Source of the DNA: Desulfosporosinus sp. | GTDB lineage: Bacteria; Bacillota; Desulfitobacteriia; Desulfitobacteriales; Desulfitobacteriaceae | DNA length: 64,000 bases | NCBI GenBank assembly: GCA_049302315.1 | Contig: JBAQLX010000677.1 | Coordinates: 11,425-75,424, forward strand | Reading direction: 5' to 3' | In this document: one piece after another, positions 27,082-35,678 of the stretch | Position numbering within the stretch: the first letter of the stretch is position 1 | Layout: the number at the start of each line of letters is the position of its first letter | Translations under genes and position numbers: made by a program | The notes under the pieces: generated by a model | Seen by the model: the letters and a program-made list of their open reading frames with translations, nothing else | Database searches by the model: none | What the model was told of the DNA's origin: nothing

Positions 27082-27488
27082 GGTGGTACCTCCAAAAGAG
27101 AAGGATTATCGTGGATGTTACCGATTACTTCCACCCATTGACCGAGTGGATAATAATTACCTGATCTCCATTTAAACATCCATGAGTAGTCGTGAAATAC
27201 CACTTCTCCAATCATGCCTCCGTCGTTTTTGCAAATATCTTTTTCATACACTTCCTTGCCGTTCTTGTCATGCATCCCTGTGTATTGGCCGACTGTTTCA
27301 GGGATAACCTTAAGCGAAACTATTACTGCACCTACCCTTGATGGGACAATCGCATCAATAATATGTTTCATAACGTCTTTTTGGCCGAAAATCGTGTCGT
27401 AGCGTTGTATATACCATCCATAAACCCATTCCCCATTGTCAACTCGCTTACCACGGAATTTCAGTTCTCTCGGCATCCTGTTATCCAT
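27066..27488 (-). CDS. YopX family protein
   Basis: 'KFRGKRVDNGEWVYG', 'ETVGQYTGMHDKNGKEVYEKDI', 'GNIHDNPSLLE' are typical YopX blocks; start uncertain (27488 or 27476). Confidence 0.7.
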   Translation of the reverse strand: MDNRMPRELKFRGKRVDNGEWVYGWYIQRYDTIFGQKDVMKHIIDAIVPSRVGAVIVSLKVIPETVGQYTGMHDKNGKEVYEKDICKNDGGMIGEVVFHDYSWMFKWRSGNYYPLGQWVEVIGNIHDNPSLLEVPPCQTN

Positions 27489-27756
27489 CCCATTCCCGCC
27501 CCTCTGTAACCTCATGACCATCTTCCATAAAATAACCCTTCCTCATCATCTGTGACCGTGGATATGGCCTGTCCACCCGAGCATTTGTCGGACCATTTTT
27601 TATCACTCGTTTTGGTTGCGGCATCACCCGATGAGTTGGAATTTTCTCTCCGCCCTGCCTAGTGCAGTTTTTACCAAGGAAAGTGATGCATTTGAAAATG
27701 TACGGACACCCAAATTCAACGCATTCGTATTCGCGCTGGTCATCGTGTTTGCTCAT
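27481..27756 (-). CDS. hypothetical protein
   Basis: ORF only. Confidence 0.5.
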   Translation of the reverse strand: MSKHDDQREYECVEFGCPYIFKCITFLGKNCTRQGGEKIPTHRVMPQPKRVIKNGPTNARVDRPYPRSQMMRKGYFMEDGHEVTEGREWDG

Positions 27757-27771
27757 GTAGGTTCCCTCCTT

Positions 27772-28035
27772 CTATGGTGCAATCGCCCCAGCTTCTAACA
27801 ATTTCAACTGTGCTTTCAGATAAACCCGAAACGCCCTGACGCTACCGCTGAACCTATCTATCGCAAATGATTCCGGCGGCTCCTGTGACAGTTCCATTTC
27901 TAGTGTGAGTTGTGGTATAATAGGACTTGAAATAATTCTCGTGTCGCTCGTCTGGTTTGTCGGAACCGGGCGAGCTATTTTAGTTGTTGGCATTGGGGGT
28001 GGCCTCCTTGTTACCATCTTTTTCATAAGTAGCAC
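27772..28035 (-). CDS. hypothetical Pro-rich protein
   Basis: ORF only; overlaps the 3' end of the upstream ORF, so one of the two may be mis-started. Confidence 0.35.
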   Translation of the reverse strand: MLLMKKMVTRRPPPMPTTKIARPVPTNQTSDTRIISSPIIPQLTLEMELSQEPPESFAIDRFSGSVRAFRVYLKAQLKLLEAGAIAP

Positions 28036-28423
28036 CTTTCGCCCACTTCTTCCAAAGATCGATCCTTATACCACTAGTTTGATTAAGATTGCTTGGAGTT
28101 TTGTAGTAAACGAAAAACCCCTCTTGACCAAGACAGATTCTAGTTCGGGTTCCCTTTTTGTAGACACCCCGCCTAATTATCAATTCATTTATTGACTTAT
28201 TTTCTTCGTTAACCTCAATGCTCCACCCGCATTCGCAGGTCCGGCTAAATGTGTTATCTGTGACTTCAAGCGTTCCCTTACCATTTCCAAGTGCATCACT
28301 TCCGCATTTTGGGCATTCGCTGTATTTCCTAAGTAATCCAACCGATTTCATAGCGTTAATAATCTCTCGCCTCCCTCTCAAACCTCTCAAGCCACCTCCC
28401 ACCTCCGCATCACCCCAAGACAA
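27980..28423 (-). CDS. zinc-ribbon protein
   Basis: 'CPKCGSD...CECGW'; start uncertain. Confidence 0.5.
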   Translation of the reverse strand: MSWGDAEVGGGLRGLRGRREIINAMKSVGLLRKYSECPKCGSDALGNGKGTLEVTDNTFSRTCECGWSIEVNEENKSINELIIRRGVYKKGTRTRICLGQEGFFVYYKTPSNLNQTSGIRIDLWKKWAKGATYEKDGNKEATPNANN

Positions 28424-28535
28424 ATCTCTGCCACCCGGACCACATATCGAATGCTTGTCCTACGCTTATGACCGACGCGGTTTATCATTATGTCCGTGGT
28501 TGTTAAGTCCAGCACTTCGGAGAACCCTGCGTCGG

Positions 28536-29438
28536 TTAGTGGGCCGGTTGTGCGTTCGAGGATTGATCGGAGCATTTGGGTTGACCTCCTTTTAAGACTT
28601 TAGACATTTTTGACGCAACAATCATCGGTCTTAGCCATTCCCTCTGGTACCCTGCCCAAGTTTCATCCGTGTTCCCATTCTTATCCTTATAAAGCATTGC
28701 ATAGGGCATGAACCCGGCCCTTATTGTGTCATTAAGCCTTTTCTCGGCCTTGTCAAATGTGTCTCCCTTATAGCCGATCAGCACATAGCAACATGCAGTA
28801 TGGCTTGACACCTTGAACCCTACATCTTTAAGCAATCGTCCCGCATAGACTAAGGGTTCGTAATCATCTGGCGTATCATAGGCAAAATACATTCGCTTAG
28901 TTTTAGCTTCATATAACTTCTCGGCGTGCCAAGGTTTTAATATCTTCGCCTCAAGTCCTCCGGTAAACTCCGGTCTTTCTTTTTGCCGCTTTAACATGCT
29001 AAAAACTTCTTTAATGTGATCGTCTGAGCAAGCAAGGAAATTATCATCGAGAATATTCCAACCGTCTTTAATCTTATATTCCCTCAATTTGCCTTCGCGT
29101 TTTGGGACCATACAGAACCAGCAGTTATTCGGGCATCCGCGACTTGAAATAGTGTAGCCTTCCTTGATGTATCTGCCAGGAATAAACTCTTCACTGCGCT
29201 CATTGAACGCTGGCCCCCCCATCTTTACCGGAACACCTACGCCCCTCCATTGCATTTCAAGCCATTCAGCACGCTTCATATCATAGGTAAAAGCAACCGA
29301 TATATGGACTTCGTCTACCTCCGGCATAAACATTGGTGGGCAATCGGTGAATACAAGATCATCTGCTGGGGTAGCCTTAGTTATTCTTGGAAAAACCCTT
29401 GCTATTTTTACGACGTTTCGCCTCCCCTTCTGCCTCAT
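28536..29438 (-). CDS. radical SAM protein (paralog 2)
   Basis: 'SSRGCPNNCWFCMVPKREGKL', 'YVLIGY', 'MPY' shared with 11656..12537; start moved to ATG 29438 (GAGGTGAGGGGG upstream). Confidence 0.7.
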   Translation of the reverse strand: MRQKGRRNVVKIARVFPRITKATPADDLVFTDCPPMFMPEVDEVHISVAFTYDMKRAEWLEMQWRGVGVPVKMGGPAFNERSEEFIPGRYIKEGYTISSRGCPNNCWFCMVPKREGKLREYKIKDGWNILDDNFLACSDDHIKEVFSMLKRQKERPEFTGGLEAKILKPWHAEKLYEAKTKRMYFAYDTPDDYEPLVYAGRLLKDVGFKVSSHTACCYVLIGYKGDTFDKAEKRLNDTIRAGFMPYAMLYKDKNGNTDETWAGYQREWLRPMIVASKMSKVLKGGQPKCSDQSSNAQPAH

Positions 29439-29715
29439 CCCCCTCACCTCGCGAACCACCACACAACCCCTATAAGTGCAACAAGGTCTAACCCGATTAC
29501 AGCTAACCAAACCAGCTTATCTTTGGTCATCGTGCATCCCTCACTTAACCAACTTTTTAGCAATCTTGGGTCTTATCGTTCTCATACTTTAACTTTGTCG
29601 ATTCGCACTCAGGGCAGGAAAATAGTTCAACTTCCTCAAATTCATTTCCACAATTAAGGCATGTGTAAATATTAATCGCCTCCCTACTCTGCCAACTTCC
29701 TAGCAAGCGCGCGCC

Positions 29716-29958
29716 CTAGTAATGCGAATTTCCAAACATTGAGCCCATTCGTGACAGCATTCTCATTGCTGGATGATTTGAGTTAGCCATAGCTGTATTA
29801 ACCATAGCCATGCCCTCTCGCTTCTGTTTGCGTGTCAATTTCTTTTCTCCCCAAACAAACTCTTTAACAGTACCTGGGAATTTCTTCGCTACATAATCCC
29901 AATAAGATAATCCCGCTTTCTTGGCAGCTTGGCTGATTTGGTTATGTGGGTTTGGCAT
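29716..29958 (-). CDS. hypothetical protein
   Basis: ORF only. Confidence 0.5.
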   Translation of the reverse strand: MPNPHNQISQAAKKAGLSYWDYVAKKFPGTVKEFVWGEKKLTRKQKREGMAMVNTAMANSNHPAMRMLSRMGSMFGNSHY

Positions 29959-29988
29959 TTGGCTTGCTCCTTTCTACTGTGGTTTACG

Positions 29989-30648
29989 CTACCGTCCATA
30001 CACCGAGACTACATTACTCTTTATAAGAGAGTCCTTAATTGCCTCCCATATACTTTGTCTCGACACGCCTGTTTCATCAGCAATTTGCTGATAAGTAAGC
30101 CCTGTAAGCCTTTTCTCAACTACTTCTAATTGCCTTGGTGTTAGTAGGTCTTTGTTTACCCCCTTGAGCATATTGCCTATTCCATTGAGTTTATTGGCTC
30201 GCTTAAGTTTTTGACTATTTGCTCTTTCATTTCTCTCCCTACAATTAGTACAGATAGAGCTTTTTGAACATGTTTTTTCACCGCAAAAAAGACATTCTTT
30301 GCCATCCTTATTAAGGCTGTGCAATCTCCCCGCATCGCGGTCAATGGCTACTCTTTGCCTTGGAGTACACCATTTAAGATTATCGGCGTTGACGTTCAAT
30401 GAATCGCCGTCATCGAATCTTACCATTGGGTAATTATTAGGATTAGGTATAAACGCTTCCGCTATTGCCTTGTGTACATAAATATGTCTTTGTTTCCCAT
30501 TTTCGTAATAAGCAAACTGGCCGTATTTGCGTCCATGTATAACATGGATAGATATTGTTGCCGTGGTTTTGACGCCATTCTTGATTTTATAAACATCGCC
30601 GACATCAGTTACCTCGAATCGCCCGTTTAAAATAACCCTAGTTCGCAA
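29989..30648 (-). CDS. HNH_3/NUMOD-like endonuclease domain fused to sigma-70 region-4/LuxR-type HTH
   Basis: 'YVHKAIAEAFIPNPNNYPMVRFDDGDSLNVNADNLKW' (HNH_3-like), Cys4, C-terminal 'LTPRQLEVVEKRLTGLTYQQIADETGVSRQSI'. Confidence 0.65.
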   Translation of the reverse strand: MRTRVILNGRFEVTDVGDVYKIKNGVKTTATISIHVIHGRKYGQFAYYENGKQRHIYVHKAIAEAFIPNPNNYPMVRFDDGDSLNVNADNLKWCTPRQRVAIDRDAGRLHSLNKDGKECLFCGEKTCSKSSICTNCRERNERANSQKLKRANKLNGIGNMLKGVNKDLLTPRQLEVVEKRLTGLTYQQIADETGVSRQSIWEAIKDSLIKSNVVSVYGR

Positions 30649-30666
30649 TAATACCTCCTCCTACGT

Positions 30667-30795
30667 CTACGCTTCCCCTTGCCCGTAATACCACCGCAAA
30701 TCATCCAGTGTATACAGGTCCCGATCTGCGCGAATGTCTGCATATTTGGCAGCAGCGTCTGCATCGCATAGGTCTGTAATTGTGTTTAGGTTCAT
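30667..30795 (-). CDS. hypothetical small protein (42 aa, below ORF-track cutoff)
   Basis: GAGGTGAG-N4-ATG at 30795; TAG at 30669-30667. Confidence 0.3.
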   Translation of the reverse strand: MNLNTITDLCDADAAAKYADIRADRDLYTLDDLRWYYGQGEA

Positions 30796-30822
30796 GGGGG
30801 CTCACCTCGCTTTCGTTGAATA

Positions 30823-30900
30823 TTTACAGGGTTTTCCTCCCTCGTGTCGAAAAGATAATTGCTTAGGTTATCAATTCAGCTATTAAGGAGGTGAAGAATC
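30823..30900 (+). promoter_or_regulatory. conserved upstream region A: TTTACAGGG-N13-TGTCGAAAAGATAATT ... AGGTTAT ... AAGGAGG
   Basis: Shares ordered blocks and identical 22-nt spacing with 33375-33448; contains the 0A-box heptamer TGTCGAA (30845-30851) abutting the -10-like GATAAT. Confidence 0.4.
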
Positions 30901-31086
30901 TTGGAGAACAAATTTTGTCCTTTTATTCATGGGCCTTGTCGTAGTGACTGTGTATTCAAGACTAATAGCGTCATGACTAATCGCAACGAAGTGCATAATT
31001 GCATAATTGCCATAAAACTCTCAGATATTAATGAAATGCAGCATGATGATTTAACAGATATCTGGAGCTTACTGAAAAAGAATTAA
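30901..31086 (+). CDS. hypothetical protein (TTG start), antisense to the early operon
   Basis: AAGGAGG-N9-TTG; 61 aa with a CPFIHGPCRSDC cluster. Confidence 0.45.
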   Translation: MENKFCPFIHGPCRSDCVFKTNSVMTNRNEVHNCIIAIKLSDINEMQHDDLTDIWSLLKKN

Positions 31087-31277
31087 TCTTCGTGACTTTC
31101 ATAACTCAAGAATAATTCGTTGTCGGCCCCCTGAACCGTTGAAAGAACTTGGATTGCACGATTGACATAGCTTAATATGCTTGATGCTTCGGCCACACTG
31201 TGACCATTTTCAGCAAGGACATTTATGATGGCTCTTGCTGTTTTTCCGTTCTTAGTTGTTGCCTTCATTTCTGGCAT
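31083..31277 (-). CDS. hypothetical protein
   Basis: ORF only. Confidence 0.5.
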   Translation of the reverse strand: MPEMKATTKNGKTARAIINVLAENGHSVAEASSILSYVNRAIQVLSTVQGADNELFLSYESHED

Positions 31278-31316
31278 TCTGTTCTCACGCCCCTCTCTCG
31301 TAGGTTGTTTCGTGCA

Positions 31317-31748
31317 TCATTTTAGGGATGCTAGGTATTGAGCCTCAGAAGTAATGACATTTTTAAATGCATCTTCAAGCATTGCGTAAGCATTAACGAG
31401 GGATTCGTCCTTTGGGTATCCAAGCTTGGTTATTTCATTGACCAGTTCCCCCCTCTTGGCTTCGAGGGTTGCTATTCGCCTTACGAATAACAGAAGTTCT
31501 ATATCTTTTATGTCGCCCTTGATTGGATCACCCATTGGTTCACCTCCCCTTCCCAGCAGATAATCTGCACTCGTGTTCAACTCGTCCGCAATCTTCCCCA
31601 ATGTATCGCTCGGGGGAATCGCTGTATCTCTTTCGTAGTGTGAGAAATTTGCGCGGTCCATCCCCAGTTTTACCGCTATCTGATCTTGAGTTAATCCGCG
31701 TTTGACGCGAAGTTCTTTAATCCTTGTGCCGATGGTCATGTGGTTCAC
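31317..31748 (-). CDS. XRE-family HTH regulator with C-terminal helical domain
   Basis: 'IGTRIKELRVKRGLTQDQIAVKLGMDRANFSHYE' is a canonical XRE HTH. Confidence 0.75.
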   Translation of the reverse strand: MNHMTIGTRIKELRVKRGLTQDQIAVKLGMDRANFSHYERDTAIPPSDTLGKIADELNTSADYLLGRGGEPMGDPIKGDIKDIELLLFVRRIATLEAKRGELVNEITKLGYPKDESLVNAYAMLEDAFKNVITSEAQYLASLK

Positions 31749-31812
31749 CTCCTTATACCCGCTTTTTCAAATTACGCGATTACCCTGACCGACTTCCGCT
31801 GGTGCTGCTCGG

Positions 31813-32022
31813 TCAAAATCCGCTTCGGTCAAGAAGATAGTCAGTCGTAACGCCGAAATAATCTGCTAATTTAATCAAGACCTCATAACTGGGCCTCCGG
31901 ACTCCCATTTCGTACATGCCAATCATCGAAGTGGTGACCCCAATGATTTTCCCGAGTTCTTCTTGAGTTTTTTTCTTTTCTGCCCGGAGTTGCTTAATTT
32001 TTAGTGCTAAAGGACTTTTCAT
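31813..32022 (-). CDS. XRE-family HTH regulator
   Basis: 'IKQLRAEKKKTQEELGKIIGVTTSMIGMYEMG'. Confidence 0.75.
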   Translation of the reverse strand: MKSPLALKIKQLRAEKKKTQEELGKIIGVTTSMIGMYEMGVRRPSYEVLIKLADYFGVTTDYLLDRSGF

Positions 32023-32072
32023 ACCCCCTAACCTCCTTTTGTTAGCTCACTTTTTTCACGATCACCGGCACA

Positions 32073-32912
32073 CTAATTCAAATACTCCCCTTGTACCGTC
32101 TCCACTTCCCGATCACTAAACCCATCAACCCTCACAAATACCGCTCGTACCGTTCGTCCACGGGGCACCCTGAAATGTCTCGTGAAATGCACTCCTCCGC
32201 GCTCCAAAAATCCTGCACTCCATAGGGCCGCCAACGAGTTCTTCCGACTTAATCCACGTGCATCAAGCTCCACGTAAACCTTGTCCCTGTTCAGCGCATA
32301 CGCACCGCCGCCGAAGTTGCGGTAAACACCAGTTGTGCCGGAGACAACTGCCCTGATCGCGTCGAGGATTGGCGAAAGGTCGAGCTGCGCGTTTTTACCA
32401 GTGATCGTCACGGGTTTAAACTCCGAGAGGTCAACGCCAGACTCCATTTCGACGGATGCGAGGGCCTTAGAGTAGGCGAGGGGTTTTGATAAGCCAGAGA
32501 GGAGGAAGAACTCGCGTTTGGTTTTGACTAGGGCTAGGAGTTTTTTGAGGGAGGGTTCAGCGAGGGACTTGTGATTGCTGGAATCAATAATGCGATAATA
32601 TTCATCTACCAACATTTCGTAAGCATCCCAAGCCTTGTCATTATTTAGGGATTTAGCATGGAGCCATGCGCCTTTTTCGGTCCAGAGGTAGAGCTTATTA
32701 ATATTTGGCGGCAAATCAATTTGATTTTTTGCCCTAAAGCCCTTTAGTGCTGTTCCTTCGATGACAAAGTAATGTTTGCCCTCGGCATACCGCTCTTTAT
32801 TGCGGTTGAAATTATTTACGATAAGTTGCGCGTCTGCTTCATATGATTCAGCCAGCTGAGCTGTGGTAAGAATTCTTTGGTTTTGGTACTCGACCGGGAT
32901 TAAATTGCTCAC
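32073..32912 (-). CDS. phage antirepressor (ORF6N N-terminal domain)
   Basis: Start set to GTG 32912 (AAGGAGGT-N6); 'NLIPVEYQNQRILTTAQLAESYEADAQLIVNNFNRNKERYAEGKHYF' fits the ORF6N/KilA-N-like pattern. Confidence 0.7.
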   Translation of the reverse strand: MSNLIPVEYQNQRILTTAQLAESYEADAQLIVNNFNRNKERYAEGKHYFVIEGTALKGFRAKNQIDLPPNINKLYLWTEKGAWLHAKSLNNDKAWDAYEMLVDEYYRIIDSSNHKSLAEPSLKKLLALVKTKREFFLLSGLSKPLAYSKALASVEMESGVDLSEFKPVTITGKNAQLDLSPILDAIRAVVSGTTGVYRNFGGGAYALNRDKVYVELDARGLSRKNSLAALWSAGFLERGGVHFTRHFRVPRGRTVRAVFVRVDGFSDREVETVQGEYLN

Positions 32913-33147
32913 GCCTTTACCTCCTTGGATTACAGGTTTTACTTCCTCTTCCGTCGAAATACTAATTGTCCAGACTAGAGATATCAACCGAGGGGAGGTG
33001 TTGAAATATGATTTGCCCATTGATGAGTTCCGGGAAAGAAAAAGTTGAATGCTCCGAAGAGTGCGCCCTGTATGGTAAATACTCAAATAGTTGCTTAATC
33101 GGGAGGATAGCTATACACATTGAAGCTTTGGTTGAGAAAACCGGAAA

Positions 33148-33360
33148 CTAATCCTTTAAACGTTTTCCGTCAATCTGATAAGTTGAGCTTGTCAGGTTAA
33201 CCAGGGTCCTTAAGGCTTCCAATGTTTCAAACTTGGGGGCTTCTTTGTTGTCTAAAGAAGTATCAACCTGGTCTAATAATTTACCGATAATTGAATTGAG
33301 CTTTTCGGTGTTTGTCATTGTCATGTTTTCACCTCCCATCTCTTGAACTAGGTTGGGCAT
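33148..33360 (-). CDS. hypothetical protein
   Basis: ORF only. Confidence 0.45.
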   Translation of the reverse strand: MPNLVQEMGGENMTMTNTEKLNSIIGKLLDQVDTSLDNKEAPKFETLEALRTLVNLTSSTYQIDGKRLKD

Positions 33361-33374
33361 TAGATCACTTCCTT

Positions 33375-33448
33375 TTTACAGGGATTATCATGTCTTTGTC
33401 GAAAAGATTAATTTCGAGGTTATTGCAACGCGAAAGGAGGCGGATATC
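33375..33448 (+). promoter_or_regulatory. conserved upstream region B: TTTACAGGG-N13-TGTCGAAAAGATTAATT ... AGGTTAT ... AAGGAGG
   Basis: Second copy of the 30823-30900 element; TGTCGAA at 33397-33403. Confidence 0.4.
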
Positions 33449-33658
33449 TTGAAAGATTTTAATGCATTCATTAGAACGATTAAGGATGAACACTACACAA
33501 ATGCTCAAAAGGCCATTAATAAACTTAATATGAAAATCTCATTCCCATTGACTTATGAAAATTCTAGTGAATTGGCTGATGTGATTACAGTAATGAGCAC
33601 TATTTGTGCGGTAGAGCTTCTCGCAAAATACCACGATTGGTTAAATAGTCCAGAATAA
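33449..33658 (+). CDS. hypothetical protein (TTG start), antisense to the early operon
   Basis: ORF track 33353..33658; start moved to TTG 33449 after AAGGAGG-N8, by analogy with 30901. Confidence 0.45.
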   Translation: MKDFNAFIRTIKDEHYTNAQKAINKLNMKISFPLTYENSSELADVITVMSTICAVELLAKYHDWLNSPE

Positions 33659-33827
33659 ATTCATTGGCATGATCTCCATCAAGCCTAATAGCAACTTCCC
33701 TTGGCTGCCCTGAAGCTTGTCCCTTTAGTGCAGCTATTTCTTTTGCTTGTGACACGATGACTTTTTCTAACTCAGCGATACGCTTATCCATATTTCTTAC
33801 CCCACTTTCCTTGAGAACGTTGCCCAA
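33600..33827 (-). CDS. hypothetical protein
   Basis: ORF only. Confidence 0.45.
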   Translation of the reverse strand: MGNVLKESGVRNMDKRIAELEKVIVSQAKEIAALKGQASGQPREVAIRLDGDHANEFILDYLTNRGILREALPHK

Positions 33828-33843
33828 TTAGTCCACCTCCTCG

Positions 33844-34065
33844 TTAACCCGCTTTTTCAAAATCGTCTTCACACTCAAAAAGATAATCAAGTGTCATTCC
33901 CTTGAAAAAGGTATTTCTAATTTTTACCATTTCCTTTCTCTTGAATTCTGAGCGGCCCGACATCTTATCGTAGAAAGCTTGGGCTGTTATCCCAATTGCT
34001 TCGGCGACAACCTTGCCGTTTGTATCGTCAAGCCTTGCCAATTCTGCTCGAAGATTCCTAAACAT
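33844..34065 (-). CDS. Cro-like HTH regulator (first gene of the early operon)
   Basis: Start moved to ATG 34065 (AAGGAGAG-N7); 'GKVVAEAIGITAQAFYDKMSG' HTH; divergent from the cI-like gene. Confidence 0.6.
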   Translation of the reverse strand: MFRNLRAELARLDDTNGKVVAEAIGITAQAFYDKMSGRSEFKRKEMVKIRNTFFKGMTLDYLFECEDDFEKAG

Positions 34066-34090
34066 ATAATCACTCTCCTTTACGAAAAAT

Positions 34091-34212
34091 TTACCATGTG
34101 TGGTAATTTGATAATATACCATGCATGGTAATAATGCAATAGCCAAAAACCTAATATTTTATGCTTTCGGTATAATATTTATGTTGCATGGTAAAAATAT
34201 TTATGTTATGAT
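34091..34212. promoter_or_regulatory. genetic-switch region: operators and divergent promoters
   Basis: TTACCATGTGTGGTAA (34091-34106), TACCATGCATGGTA (34117-34130), half-site TGGTAA (34189-34194). Minus promoter TTGCAT(34139-34134)-17-TATTAT(34116-34111). Plus promoter TTGCAT(34184-34189)-17-TATGAT(34207-34212). Confidence 0.6.
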
Positions 34213-34256
34213 CTGTATAAAAATTACAGTAATATGTAGAAAGAGGTTGCTGTGCC

Positions 34257-34475
34257 ATGAAGTTAACCGATAAGCTAGATATATTAATGGATGAGAGGGG
34301 CATTAATAATCCAAGTGAATTGTCAAGACAATCCGGGATACCCTATATGACAATCGTTAATTTTTATAAGCTCGGAACGGACGATATCAAACTATCAACC
34401 CTAATGAAGCTTAAAAAGTTTTTCAAGGTAACATTGGACTATCTAGCTGACGATGATGTACTAGAAAGGAATTAG
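34257..34475 (+). CDS. cI-like XRE-family repressor
   Basis: 'LDILMDERGINNPSELSRQSGIPYMTIVNFYK' HTH; immediately upstream of the integrase. Confidence 0.75.
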   Translation: MKLTDKLDILMDERGINNPSELSRQSGIPYMTIVNFYKLGTDDIKLSTLMKLKKFFKVTLDYLADDDVLERN

Positions 34476-34479
34476 TACT

Positions 34480-35664
34480 ATGGCAAAGCAGCGTAACCCC
34501 AACGGGATAGGAAGCTACAAGTTGCGGAAAGACGGACGCATCCAATGGACACAAAAGAAGGATGGAAAGCCCAGGGTTCTTTATGGCAAAACATTGGGTG
34601 AATTGCAGGCTAAAGTTAAAAAGGTTTCTGATCTGCCGGTGACATCGACTAAACTAACGGTTTCCGATTGGTTCGAGAAATGGCTAGATATTTATGTCAA
34701 ACAACTTAAAAAGAAAGCCACCTACGACCAATACAAGACCTTATATGAGCAACATATAAAGCCGATTATTGGACATAGAAGGCTATCAGGAGTAAAACCG
34801 CTTGATATACAGACGGTGATTGCCAAGATGAACGACAAGAAAAGGGCATCAAAGACCATGAAGCATGTTAAAAGCATTATGAATATTGCTTTTAACAAAG
34901 CTCTTGATGATAAACTTATATCTTCAACCCCTGTGGTTAAGATCGAAATTCCGGTCAAGCAGGCCAAGACAAGAAAAGTGCTGACCGTCGAGGATTTAAT
35001 TAAGCTCTATAAAGCCATGGAGCGCAGTCGCTGGATTTGGTCAATTAGATTTCTTTTGGTCACTGGCCTTCGTCGCGGTGAAATGCTGGCATTGAAATGG
35101 ACTGACATTGATACCGAAAATAAGCGCATAACTATTGATGAATCAAACAGTAGTAGTGGTATTGGTGATACAAAGTCCGCAAAAGTTCATTATGTCCCCT
35201 TATCGGACAAGGCACTGGGTTATCTCGACGGGCAGAAGTTAATGCTGGAAAAAGAAGCTAACCCGATACTACACAACGAAAAATTAAAAAAGACCGCCCT
35301 TGTTTTTCCAAGCAAGAACGGTACTATGATTAGGCCAGATTCCTATTATACCATGTTAAGAAGGTTTGCTATAAAGGCAGAAATAAAAGCAAGTGCTCAC
35401 TGCATCAGACACACATTTGTCTATTTAAACAGGGAGGCAATGTCCCTGAAGGAATTGCAAGCTATATTAGGTCACGATGAAAGCACGACTACTCTTGATC
35501 TTTATGGTGACATCCTTGAAGAGACCATGACTAAAACGGCGAGCAAAATAGATGACGTATTCGATAAGGTGGATAAGGAAATAAAAAGAATAGAAGAAGA
35601 AAAAGCAGAGAAGGAAAATATGCCAATGGGTAAGTTAATTGAGTTCAAAAGAAAGAGCAGTTAA
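34480..35664 (+). CDS. int: tyrosine integrase
   Basis: SAM-like N-domain; catalytic residues in 'TGLRRGEMLAL', 'HCIRHTF', 'LGHDESTTTLDLY'. Confidence 0.9.
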   Translation: MAKQRNPNGIGSYKLRKDGRIQWTQKKDGKPRVLYGKTLGELQAKVKKVSDLPVTSTKLTVSDWFEKWLDIYVKQLKKKATYDQYKTLYEQHIKPIIGHRRLSGVKPLDIQTVIAKMNDKKRASKTMKHVKSIMNIAFNKALDDKLISSTPVVKIEIPVKQAKTRKVLTVEDLIKLYKAMERSRWIWSIRFLLVTGLRRGEMLALKWTDIDTENKRITIDESNSSSGIGDTKSAKVHYVPLSDKALGYLDGQKLMLEKEANPILHNEKLKKTALVFPSKNGTMIRPDSYYTMLRRFAIKAEIKASAHCIRHTFVYLNREAMSLKELQAILGHDESTTTLDLYGDILEETMTKTASKIDDVFDKVDKEIKRIEEEKAEKENMPMGKLIEFKRKSS

Positions 35665-35678
35665 TTTTTTGCACATTC

